From: Candidatus Poribacteria bacterium
Lineage (GTDB): Bacteria; Poribacteria; WGA-4E; PCPOR2b
Assembly: GCA_965215015.1 (NCBI GenBank)
Contig: OZ244042.1
Coordinates: forward strand, 1,600,001-1,664,000
Reading direction: 5' to 3'
Length of the DNA stretch: 64,000 nt
This document shows positions 37,421 through 46,591 of this stretch, piece after piece. The stretch's first letter is position 1. Each line of letters starts with the position of its first letter. The position numbers and the translations under genes were made by a program. The notes below the pieces were generated by a model, which saw nothing but the letters and a program-made list of their open reading frames with translations, did no database searches and had not been told where the DNA came from.

Positions 37421-39487
37421 GTGGAAAAAACTAAATGGCTGCGGTGGTCGCGCATAATAATTTGGGTGTTGATAATGCTGCTGACTATACCACTTTTCGC
37501 AGAAACGCAAAATTCGACGCGCACCATCAATGCCACATGGGTGGATACGCCCCCGGTCATTGATGGGAAACTTACCGACAGTGTCTGGCAACACGCCCAA
37601 GTTGCGACCAATTTCTTCCGGGCAAAGGAGGGAGACATTCAGCTTGCACAACTAAACACTGAAGCAAAGGTTTTGTACGATGAGAATACCCTCTATATCG
37701 GCGTGCATTGCGAGGAACCGGACATGAAAAGTCTACGCGAAACGAAAACGCGCCGGGACTCCCCTGTCTGGCAGAATGACTGTATCGAAGTGATGCTTGA
37801 TACCCATCTAGACCGTCGAAACTGCTATATTTTTGCTGTCAATACACTCGGCACACAGACAGATGAGCGGGTCAGCAACGAGAGCGTTTTCGACATGAGT
37901 TGGGATGCAAAATGGGAAGTAAAAATAAACAAACACCAGAATGGCTGGACCGCAGAATTTGCGATTCCGTTTCGTGTGCTCCGTTTTAATCGGCGGGCCA
38001 CCACGTGGGGGATCAACTTTTGGCGAGTGCGTCCGATAAACGGTCAATCCTATTCTTGGGCACACACCGCTTTTTTCTCACGCGTGTCGGAGTTTGGCGA
38101 TTTGACCGGCTTGAATTTGGGAAGGATTAAAACGGAGCAGAAACTCGGTATTCTCCCCTACGGTAGCTATCGTGCAATAGAAAATCGCCCCAATGACTTT
38201 GATGGTGGATTAGACCTCATCCTCCCAATTTCGACGAACCTCACCTCGAATGTAACTTTTAATCCTGATTTTTCACAATTGGAAAGTGATCCGACGCAAA
38301 TTAACATCTCAAGTGATCGGGAGTTGTCGCTTCCTGAACGCCGTCCATTCTTCCGGGAGGGTGCCGAATTGTTTGAACTGCCGCTCAATCTATTCTATAC
38401 CCGTCGCGTTCAAGAAATTGATTTTGGTGCAAAAACGACGGGCACCATCGGCGGCACTAATTTCTCGGTTATCAATACGTATGGCAAAATGATCGATCGG
38501 TATGATGCCGGTCAGAAAAAGCAAGCGAATCTTTTAGCAGGGCGGGTGAACTACAATATCGGTGAGCGGACTGTCATTGGTGCAATGGGCACGCACAAAC
38601 ACCAAGTTGACCGCAATATAGGGCTCCTATCGCTCAATGGTCGATTTGGAATTCATCGAAATTGGACCGCAACATCGCAGTATGCTGTTGACTTCATTGA
38701 TGGCGAAACGCATTGGGCGTATCATACGGCGATGGAATGGCTTCATAAAGGGTGGCTCGCCAACATGCGGCTTGAAGAGATACAGGACGGCTTTCGGCCA
38801 AATGAGATGGGGCTTGAAGAGGAGGCGTTCCGTCGGGGACGTGCCCGGATAAGGTACAACTATGAGTTTCCGGAGGAGAATTTGGTACAGTTATTTCAGA
38901 TTGATACGCACCATTTCTATCAAACCAATGCACAAAGATTGCTACGGGAACGGCGAAGTGAGTTCCGCTTCAACATTGACATTGGTCAGTTTGACCTCTT
39001 CACCTTTGGTGGATTTGGCGTGCTCCGCGAAGGCGGTCAACTTTTTGATACTAAATTTATCGGCTCAGAGATTGATTATGAAGCACCGTGGTGGCACTTG
39101 GCTGTTGGAAATCGTTTTGGTACCCGTCGAGATGAGTTCAACCGATTTACTAACTTCTCTGCGGGTGTCAACCTCTTCGGCAAACTGACCGCTGACCTAG
39201 ACCTTGATAATTTCTTTTGGCGCAGGTATCGAAATACACTGATTTTCCGGCTCCGCAGTAACTATCAATTGACCCCAAAGATTGGTTGGCTCATTTTTGT
39301 TGAACGCGTTGATGAACGGCTACAAAATGAGATTAGCTACAATTTCAACGTAATCTTCGATTACGAGTTCACCCCAGAGAGCCACTTCTTCTTTGCGTTT
39401 GTTGATAGCTTTCCGGGGAAGCGGGCCGTGTTTATGAAACTCGCGTATCTTTTTGAATCCGGTTTCCCAGGTTTCCGTCAATTTTGA
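37421..39487 (+). CDS. CBM9-like plus DUF5916-type outer-membrane beta-barrel protein
   Basis: PVIDGKL.DSVW, LYD..TLYIG, WTAEFAIPF, TFNPDFSQLESD, LPERRPFF.EG, LFYTRR. Confidence 0.8.
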   Translation: MEKTKWLRWSRIIIWVLIMLLTIPLFAETQNSTRTINATWVDTPPVIDGKLTDSVWQHAQVATNFFRAKEGDIQLAQLNTEAKVLYDENTLYIGVHCEEPDMKSLRETKTRRDSPVWQNDCIEVMLDTHLDRRNCYIFAVNTLGTQTDERVSNESVFDMSWDAKWEVKINKHQNGWTAEFAIPFRVLRFNRRATTWGINFWRVRPINGQSYSWAHTAFFSRVSEFGDLTGLNLGRIKTEQKLGILPYGSYRAIENRPNDFDGGLDLILPISTNLTSNVTFNPDFSQLESDPTQINISSDRELSLPERRPFFREGAELFELPLNLFYTRRVQEIDFGAKTTGTIGGTNFSVINTYGKMIDRYDAGQKKQANLLAGRVNYNIGERTVIGAMGTHKHQVDRNIGLLSLNGRFGIHRNWTATSQYAVDFIDGETHWAYHTAMEWLHKGWLANMRLEEIQDGFRPNEMGLEEEAFRRGRARIRYNYEFPEENLVQLFQIDTHHFYQTNAQRLLRERRSEFRFNIDIGQFDLFTFGGFGVLREGGQLFDTKFIGSEIDYEAPWWHLAVGNRFGTRRDEFNRFTNFSAGVNLFGKLTADLDLDNFFWRRYRNTLIFRLRSNYQLTPKIGWLIFVERVDERLQNEISYNFNVIFDYEFTPESHFFFAFVDSFPGKRAVFMKLAYLFESGFPGFRQF

Positions 39488-39646
39488 TGAGGGGGTGTTC
39501 ATAAATCAAAGGCACCTCATTTTTGATTTGACGGGCTTATCAACTCAATTTCTGAAGAGGAGATGTTGGCACCAGTGAGGATGCACCTTAAATGACTATC
39601 ATCTACAAATTGAACCGTGATGATTTTCAAGAGAATGGGAAGGCAG

Positions 39647-40450
39647 ATGGAAAGGATAGAACCGAATTTAACGAAAGCAGAACATCTTGAAATGTCCCGC
39701 AAGGCATGGGACGCGTACCACCCACATTATACATCCTTTAAGCTAAAGAAGCGTCCAGACTTCTATCAGTTTTTTGCGGATGGAGGTGTTGAATTGAATG
39801 ATGTGGAGATTGAACTGGCTGGTGATGTCAACGGGAAAAAACTGTTGGACATCTGTTGTGCCGGGGACGCCACACAAGCCTTTTCGTGGGAAAATCTAGG
39901 TGCCGAGGTTGTTGCTTGCGATTTTAGTCCTGTAGCGATTGAACTGGCAAAACGCAACGCCGAGAAAATTGGCTCCCGTATCGAATTCAAGGTCGCCGAC
40001 GCCCAAATCTTGACACCGATAGCGGACAATCAGTTTGACATCGTTTATGCGACCTATACCTGCTGGCTGGAGGACCTTGATCAGGCAGCACGGGCATGGC
40101 ATCGTGTCTTGAAACCCAGCGGACGTTTGCTGCTGTTCACCAATTACCCGGTAGTAGAATGCTTAAAAGAAACTGACTCCGCGCTTACAGTCATACGCGA
40201 CTATTTTGACGACTCGCCAGCATACTATAATTTTACAGGGACGCCAATCGTCGATGAATATGGCGGTTGGGATGGGAATCTGCCAATCGTCGAATTTGTC
40301 CACCCGCTTGCTGACGTGGTCAACGCTGTTGCAGGGGCGGGTTTGTGGATTAAAAGGGTGCTGGAGACGCGAATGCCGAATGAGCAATCTCCATTGCTAT
40401 CTCAACTGCCCAAATATATGGCTTGGGTGGCAGAAAAGCAAGATTCTTGA
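39647..40450 (+). CDS. Class I SAM-dependent methyltransferase
   Basis: GKKLLDICCAG, ACDFSPVAIELA, FDIVY, VLKPSG. Confidence 0.85.
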   Translation: MERIEPNLTKAEHLEMSRKAWDAYHPHYTSFKLKKRPDFYQFFADGGVELNDVEIELAGDVNGKKLLDICCAGDATQAFSWENLGAEVVACDFSPVAIELAKRNAEKIGSRIEFKVADAQILTPIADNQFDIVYATYTCWLEDLDQAARAWHRVLKPSGRLLLFTNYPVVECLKETDSALTVIRDYFDDSPAYYNFTGTPIVDEYGGWDGNLPIVEFVHPLADVVNAVAGAGLWIKRVLETRMPNEQSPLLSQLPKYMAWVAEKQDS

Positions 40451-40523
40451 TTCTTGAAAACGGTTCAGAACCTTTTCAAGGTTTGAAAAATAGGAACCTC
40501 CGAATCAAATCCGACCCCACGTT

Positions 40524-40860
40524 GATGGAGAAAATTATGACAACCGTTCGTACTTTCGGGCGATACCCCACTTTGGGAGAAATAAGGAACTATTACAATC
40601 GAGAGGATGTACTTTTGGCTATCTCATCAGCCGGGGGCTTTTTGCCATGTTCTTGGAAGAGGGACAGGCTTCTCTTCCAAAATACGAAGAATTCCTGCGT
40701 CTCACAGGGCGTGATACCTGCGAAAACGTCGCCCGTCGCAGCATTGGTCGTGACCTCAAACTCCTGATTTCTGGGTTGAAGCTATTAGAAGCGTGGAAGA
40801 ACCGTTGAACCGTCTGGAAGCGTTATTGCCCAAGGTGCTGCCAAAAAGAATAATGCGTGA
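40524..40860 (+). pseudogene. Eroded gene fragment
   Basis: Protein-like start (RYPTLGEIRNYYNREDVL) that breaks into shifted frames. Confidence 0.3.
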
Positions 40861-40939
40861 CGAGTAATGCGTAAGCGAATCGTTAATATTACGCATCACG
40901 CATTATGTCTCCAGCATAACTACAATCTAGAGTGCCTAA

Positions 40940-42127
40940 ATGCGAATGTCTGAATTAAGCGAAAAAGATCATTCCGAAACGATAGCAATTGCAGAGAATG
41001 TACTCTGTAAAGCATTCAAGAGTGATGTGCAGCTTAAAATGGAAACAGAATTTGATACAGATCGAGCAACAGTCCTTCGCTGCTATGTCGTCAAAGGGCC
41101 AACCGGCGTTCCGCAGAGCGTTGTCGTCAAAAAGGTGCTGACCGCTGATGGAACGGAATTTCATCCGAATTCACCGGACGAAATGGTTCCCAGATTCTTC
41201 AACGACTGGGCGGGGCTTGAATTTTTGAGCGAAATTTCAAATGAAGATTCGCCGGCGGCACAATTTTATGGCGGCGATCGGGTAACGGGGCTTATGGTCA
41301 TTGAGGATTTAGGAGACGGGCGGAATTTTTACGGGAGCCTGCGTGGGGAATCTGCTACGGCTGCAAGGATGGAATTAATCAAACTAGCGAGAGCATTAGG
41401 AAAAATGCACGCCCTGACGATTCGCAAAAAGGCGGTGTACGATAGCATCCGTGACCGACTCGGCCCCAGAGAGGAGCCCCCTTCCATGACCGGCGAATGG
41501 CGGCGACTTGTGGGGAAATTTGATGAAGTCTGTAGGAGGGTTGGGGTGAAGCCCCCTCGTGGGATAAAAACAGAGATGAAAAGGGTCGCTGCGTTCATTG
41601 CTACCCCAGGACCATTCCAAGCTTATACACACGGTGATCCGATTCCGATGAATGCGCTTCCCGTCGGGACCGAAAGGAAACTCTTCGACTTCGAGTTTGG
41701 CGATTTTCGACATGCGCTCAGGGATGGGATTTATGGCCGTGTCTGCTTCCCGACGTGGTACCATATTAACCGTGTACCAGAGAAGGTGGTTCAAGAAATG
41801 GAAATCGCGTATCGTGCCGAACTTGCGAAGGGGTGCCCCGAAGCAACGGACGATACGCTTTTTTTTCGATCCGTTGTCGAAGCATGTGCCTACTGGGCAA
41901 TTCACTCCAGACTCAATTTTATAGAAAAGGTATGGAAAGAAGATCATAAATGGGGAATCTCGACGCAGCGTCAGATTCTCCTGCTATGTTTTGACATATT
42001 TGGGCAAGTGTCGGAGGAGTTCGGACATCTGGAAACCCTCGGCGCAACCATCCGCGATATGGCTACCAAATTGCGTGAACGCTGGGTGGATTTGGAGGAG
42101 ATGCCGTACTATCCGGCTTTCCGCTAA
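40940..42127 (+). CDS. APH/choline kinase-like phosphotransferase
   Basis: SVVVKK, MVIEDLG, THGDP..MN, LFDFE. Confidence 0.75.
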   Translation: MRMSELSEKDHSETIAIAENVLCKAFKSDVQLKMETEFDTDRATVLRCYVVKGPTGVPQSVVVKKVLTADGTEFHPNSPDEMVPRFFNDWAGLEFLSEISNEDSPAAQFYGGDRVTGLMVIEDLGDGRNFYGSLRGESATAARMELIKLARALGKMHALTIRKKAVYDSIRDRLGPREEPPSMTGEWRRLVGKFDEVCRRVGVKPPRGIKTEMKRVAAFIATPGPFQAYTHGDPIPMNALPVGTERKLFDFEFGDFRHALRDGIYGRVCFPTWYHINRVPEKVVQEMEIAYRAELAKGCPEATDDTLFFRSVVEACAYWAIHSRLNFIEKVWKEDHKWGISTQRQILLLCFDIFGQVSEEFGHLETLGATIRDMATKLRERWVDLEEMPYYPAFR

Positions 42128-42210
42128 CACAACGAACATAAAGAGCAGCGAGTTTTACCGCATAATGTTTTACGCACTACGCATTATCAAATTAAAAGGA
42201 GGATTCAAAA

Positions 42211-42756
42211 ATGAAATGTACTGATGTCCGCGAGGAAATTGTCGCCTATATCGACGGTGAGCTTTCTTCGATGGGGGTGCGTGCAATCGAAGCGCATCTG
42301 GCGGGTTGTAAAGAATGCACCGCCGAACGCGACAAACTGAAAGCAACAATCAAATCAACGCATAAGGTGGAGACCCTCCAGCCTGCACAGAATTGGTGGG
42401 AAGCATTACAAAAACGTCTGTATGCACCTGATTCTGATCTCGTATCCGAGATCCATGCGTTACGGGAATCAATTGCGCGCCTAGAAAGCCGTGTGGATGG
42501 GAGGCCGGTTCGATTGGCACCGGTGAAAGAAATTATGACACTGGAAGAGGTCGCCGCTTACCTGCAAATCGAGCCAGACGTGATATGGAAACTGCTCAAC
42601 GAAATTCCCCACTTTGAGGTGGGTGCTGAACTACGGTTCAAAAAAAACAGTGTTGACGAGTGGATTCGTATAAAAGAAAGTGGGAATCGCAGAGATCTAT
42701 TCGATTGGGAATTTTCAACGGGTTGGCTGGATCGAGTCGATCGGTTAGAACATTAA
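42211..42756 (+). CDS. zf-HC2 (anti-sigma-type zinc finger) plus excisionase-type HTH fusion protein
   Basis: MKC...AYIDGEL...EAHLAGCKEC; EIMTLEEVAAYLQI...IPHFEVGAELRFKKNSVDEWI. Confidence 0.75.
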   Translation: MKCTDVREEIVAYIDGELSSMGVRAIEAHLAGCKECTAERDKLKATIKSTHKVETLQPAQNWWEALQKRLYAPDSDLVSEIHALRESIARLESRVDGRPVRLAPVKEIMTLEEVAAYLQIEPDVIWKLLNEIPHFEVGAELRFKKNSVDEWIRIKESGNRRDLFDWEFSTGWLDRVDRLEH

Positions 42757-42849
42757 AACAAACGTCGACCGAGAAAAATGGGAACTGTAACCGTCGATAA
42801 CAATCGCATTTGCCGCTTAAAAGGCACACCGAGAAAAATTGGTTTTAAT

Positions 42850-43518
42850 CATAGCCGTGCGTTGAAAGATGTTTTTGAAGAATACATCCACCGCTATGTC
42901 GAGGAGGGGATTACAAGCACTTAACCTCATTGATGTGGAAAAGTTACGGTGTCGCGCGCTGCCGTGGCTTCGTAAACTACCGTTACGATTTCAGGAGGAA
43001 ATAGAGGGAATGTCGGACGGATCTGGAATATCCCTAGAAAGGCTTGCACAATGATGGTTTTCGGAAAGTTGTTTTTTGAAAAATTGCAGCGCATTTGTAT
43101 GTGAAATTGATGGAAAGGCATGGGGCGGTCGGAACAACGATGCTTGGCTCCCAAATCTGTGAGGATATACCATCATTCGGGAGGTTGAAGGACGCCTTCC
43201 CACGATGACTTTTGGTCTGCTCACAGTTGTTCGACAAATGAACGTATCAAATTCAAAGTACCCTTGACATCGGAACACCGCTTTAACAGAGTAGAGGTGC
43301 TTCTTGAACGAGAACCTCCCTCACGCTTGCCTGATGATTTGATTCGGATTCTTGCTGACAAAGATGTTGAGCAACGGAGAGAAGCGGAGAATTTTTGGAC
43401 AGTTTGCGCCAATATCGCGTGCCCATGTTTAGGATTAACTTGGTTTGCCTACGGGGGGCCGCCCGCTGCGAGTCAAGGAACTTGGCATAAAATTGATTGG
43501 CTGTGGTATCAAAACTGA
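42850..43518 (+). pseudogene. Degraded C45 peptidase / Ntn-hydrolase family gene
   Basis: EEIEGMSDGSGISLE, in-frame TGA, CSAF...GRNND, further stops and shifts, C-terminal TVCANIACP. Confidence 0.6.
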
Positions 43519-43691
43519 AACTTGGCAGTTCGGGCTTGTGTACTACCACACAATCTAAAGAACCCCTACAACAACTGCCTCCGTACCTGAAACATAAAGC
43601 GTAAAGCGTGTTTTAGACGTTGAAGATTGGGTTGTAAATGGCTGCCAGAAAACGGAGTAGTTGATCGCGCTCATTAGAGAGGAAAAGTGAA

Positions 43692-44405
43692 GTGAAAGAG
43701 AGATTTTATCCTTACCCTGGTGCAACGAATTCCACAGCTTACGAACATCTCAACAACTGTACAGATCCGGATCAGTGGTTAGAAGCGTTCATGTGGGAAA
43801 AAGCCCCAATTGAAGGGAAGTGGGTGTTAGACGTCGGGGCCGGTTCCGGTTTTCACGCTGTACGTTACGCTCAGCAAGCAGGGCATGTTTTTGCTGTCGA
43901 ACCGGATGCCAGGATGCTCCAACAGATTTACGCGCGTTTGTGTGACAATCCTCCGAAAAATATCAGCGTCCTTGCAGCTTCAGCTGAATCAATACCACTA
44001 TTAGACTACAGCATAGATGTTGCGTACGCTCGATTTGCGTATTTCTTCGGTACTAAAGACTGCCTGCGCGGGCTGCGAGAAATCAAACGTATCTTGAGGC
44101 CGAACGGTCATTTCTTCATCATTGATACTAATCCTGATCAGGGGCAATTTGGTATGATTGCACGGCAGGTTTACCCCCACATTTTTCATGATAGATATCG
44201 AACAGAACACACGGCGTTCTATCAGCAACACGGATTTGTGCATTTCGATATTCAGACGGTTTTTCGAGCACCGAACCGCCAAGTCCTTGAAATATACCTG
44301 CGGATGGATTACCCACACAAATATGCTGAGCTCTTAGACCAAATTGGAGGCACAGAATTATCCTACAATATATCCGCATATCACTTTCAAAAGAGAGACG
44401 GATGA
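43692..44405 (+). CDS. Class I SAM-dependent methyltransferase
   Basis: VLDVGAGSG, AVEPD, AESIPL, RILRPNG. Confidence 0.88.
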   Translation: MKERFYPYPGATNSTAYEHLNNCTDPDQWLEAFMWEKAPIEGKWVLDVGAGSGFHAVRYAQQAGHVFAVEPDARMLQQIYARLCDNPPKNISVLAASAESIPLLDYSIDVAYARFAYFFGTKDCLRGLREIKRILRPNGHFFIIDTNPDQGQFGMIARQVYPHIFHDRYRTEHTAFYQQHGFVHFDIQTVFRAPNRQVLEIYLRMDYPHKYAELLDQIGGTELSYNISAYHFQKRDG

Positions 44406-44474
44406 ATACGTCCATGCCAGAGCAACCCGAAAACTGAATGCGACAATCGAGATGTACTCAAAACTAAGAGACAC

Positions 44475-44576
44475 ATGTTAAGAAATCGTGCAACTGAAAC
44501 CGCAGGAAACACCAATCGTTATTCCCTACTGCCAAAAACTCGGTTTCTTTTAGCGTTTTGCACTTTCTTTTTATAT
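44475..44576. repeat. MITE-like composite repeat, copy B, carrying a REP-like hairpin
   Basis: Shares both ends with 396-527; internal GCAGGAAACACCAATCGTTATTCCCTAC resembles 10399-10426. Confidence 0.6.
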
Positions 44577-44605
44577 AAACCAACTAAGAAAGGAGGACAC
44601 AGCAC

Positions 44606-46282
44606 ATGACCAGAATATATGAAACTGATAAACTCAATGCAGGGGAGCCCCAACTTATTCTTGAAAATGACCACATCTCAGTGCTATTACAGCCGGAAAT
44701 TGGAGGCAGAATCCTTGATGTTGAAACGAGGGACTTTCCTTTTCTACATAGAACCTATCCAAAACCGGTACAATTCGGCCGCTACACAGAGTATGGTGGG
44801 ATCGAGGAGTGCATCGGTAGTCCGCTGACAAACCGACTTTGGAAAACACCATGGAGAATAGAGAAAGGGACGGAGGATGTCACACTATCTGTCATTTCAC
44901 CGACACGATTCGGCAGAGTGTTGCTTTCCAAAACCCTGTCTCTTGAATCTAATACGCCAATCTTGAGGGTTGAGTACAGTTTTACCAATTTCGATCAGCA
45001 ATTCAACAAGTTTACGTTTGGTATTCATCCCGAACTTTGTCTGGGCAATGCCTTGAAACACAATACCTATTACCTACCCCTTGACAACCAAATCCTGTCA
45101 AGTGGGTTTACCGAACTCGGATTCAAGAAGTTTATCACCCCCAGTGCCGGTTGGGGAGCAGCCACCTACGATGGCATGGCATTCGGGATGCTTTTCCCTC
45201 CCGGTGTGATAGACAGTATTGAAATCTACTACCCGCGTATCGGTACACACTTTGTCATTCAACCGCTGATTTACGGTGTGGGGCTGTCGCCAAATCGACG
45301 GGCAAGTTTTGTAAGTATGTTTTACTTTGGTGAGGGCGATGTGGACACGATTCGGGAGCTGTACGCATCGAAGCTTGATGCCCTGATGATGAGTTACGGA
45401 CCCATTGATGCATTTCCAGAACGCATGATAAAAGACACGCAATGGGGGCCACAGGTAACGCTTCCGTTTGATAAATTTAGGGGGACTTCATCTCAGCCCG
45501 GAGCAATGTACCCCGAAGCTACCAATCCAAATGTTCAAGGCCCGTCGGTTGTAACCGAAGATTTTCAACCCGATAGCCAGACGGAGGGACCCGACACCCC
45601 GCAGATACTGCATGAACAGCGACGTTTTGATCGGCCACAGATTACTGACATCCGACTCTCTAATGTGAATGGGACAATTTTGGTAGAGGGGGGGGAGGCA
45701 GATGGCATTGCATTGGAGACTACCCTGCAAGCCCAAACGGGAACAGCGGAGGAGGCAAAACGACAGATTGAAGCTGCGCGCCCAGAAGTGATTCATCGCG
45801 GGGAACGCCTAATAATTCGCGCCAGAGGCGAAGCCCAACAAAAAACTATAGTTAACCAGTACCTACGTGTTCCGCAGCACCAGTTGCGTACGCTTGAACT
45901 GAACTTCGTGAACGGCGCGGCAACTGTAATTGATGCGAAACCGGCTCGACTCAAAATCAGCAGCATGGCGGGCGTCGTTACAGTCAAAGGAGAAATTGCC
46001 GAAAGCGCGGAGTACGATATCAACACCGTCAGCGGGGACATTCAGATGGAATTAGCCGACTCGGTCGCTTGCACAATTGATGCAAATAGCGTCACCGGGA
46101 CACTGATGTGTGATTCAGATTTAATTGACGCGGAGATTCGGACAAATTGGATGAGTGGGATACTTAATGCACCCAAGGCGGAGCTGCGGCTTAACAGCAT
46201 CAGCGGGAACATTATTCTTGACAATTCTACTCATGGGGCAGGCACGCCACAAGCGGGGGAAAATGCCGCAACGACACGGTAA
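44606..46282 (+). CDS. Galactose-mutarotase-like N-domain plus DUF4097-type beta-strand repeat C-domain
   Basis: LENDHISV...PEIGGRI, YGGIEE, GIHPEL; C-terminal NVNGTI / SMAGVV / TVSGDI / SVTGTL / SISGNI repeats. Confidence 0.55.
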   Translation: MTRIYETDKLNAGEPQLILENDHISVLLQPEIGGRILDVETRDFPFLHRTYPKPVQFGRYTEYGGIEECIGSPLTNRLWKTPWRIEKGTEDVTLSVISPTRFGRVLLSKTLSLESNTPILRVEYSFTNFDQQFNKFTFGIHPELCLGNALKHNTYYLPLDNQILSSGFTELGFKKFITPSAGWGAATYDGMAFGMLFPPGVIDSIEIYYPRIGTHFVIQPLIYGVGLSPNRRASFVSMFYFGEGDVDTIRELYASKLDALMMSYGPIDAFPERMIKDTQWGPQVTLPFDKFRGTSSQPGAMYPEATNPNVQGPSVVTEDFQPDSQTEGPDTPQILHEQRRFDRPQITDIRLSNVNGTILVEGGEADGIALETTLQAQTGTAEEAKRQIEAARPEVIHRGERLIIRARGEAQQKTIVNQYLRVPQHQLRTLELNFVNGAATVIDAKPARLKISSMAGVVTVKGEIAESAEYDINTVSGDIQMELADSVACTIDANSVTGTLMCDSDLIDAEIRTNWMSGILNAPKAELRLNSISGNIILDNSTHGAGTPQAGENAATTR

Positions 46283-46481
46283 AACAAAGGTAGGGCTCGA
46301 CTGTTTCTATGTTTTTTACTTGACATTACCCGCTTATCGAACGCATTTTATGCCGAGTTTCATAGCTGTGATGCAGAGTTGATGTGGGTAAAAGTTTTGG
46401 ATAATTCAAAAGGCTAGTGATTAGGTCTGATAAGGGCACTTACTATACATTGTCCTAATGTCAGAAATAGGAGGCGTAAAA

Positions 46482-46590
46482 ATGGCAGATATAATCATTG
46501 AAGGCGGGTGTTTTTGTGGTCATGTGCGGTATCGGGCGTGGTTATGCTACCTGTCGCGGAAATGCCCGCACTCTCACGTTTCATGTGTTC
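46482..46590 (+). pseudogene. GFA (CENP-V) family N-terminal fragment
   Basis: AGGAGG RBS; MADIIIEGGCFCGHVRY, truncated at the convergent CocE gene. Confidence 0.6.
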
Positions 46591-46591
46591 C

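Noticed and set aside
43052-43054. In-frame TGA in the C45-like gene as selenocysteine or readthrough
   Set aside because: Additional stops, frameshifts and a deletion indicate a pseudogene.
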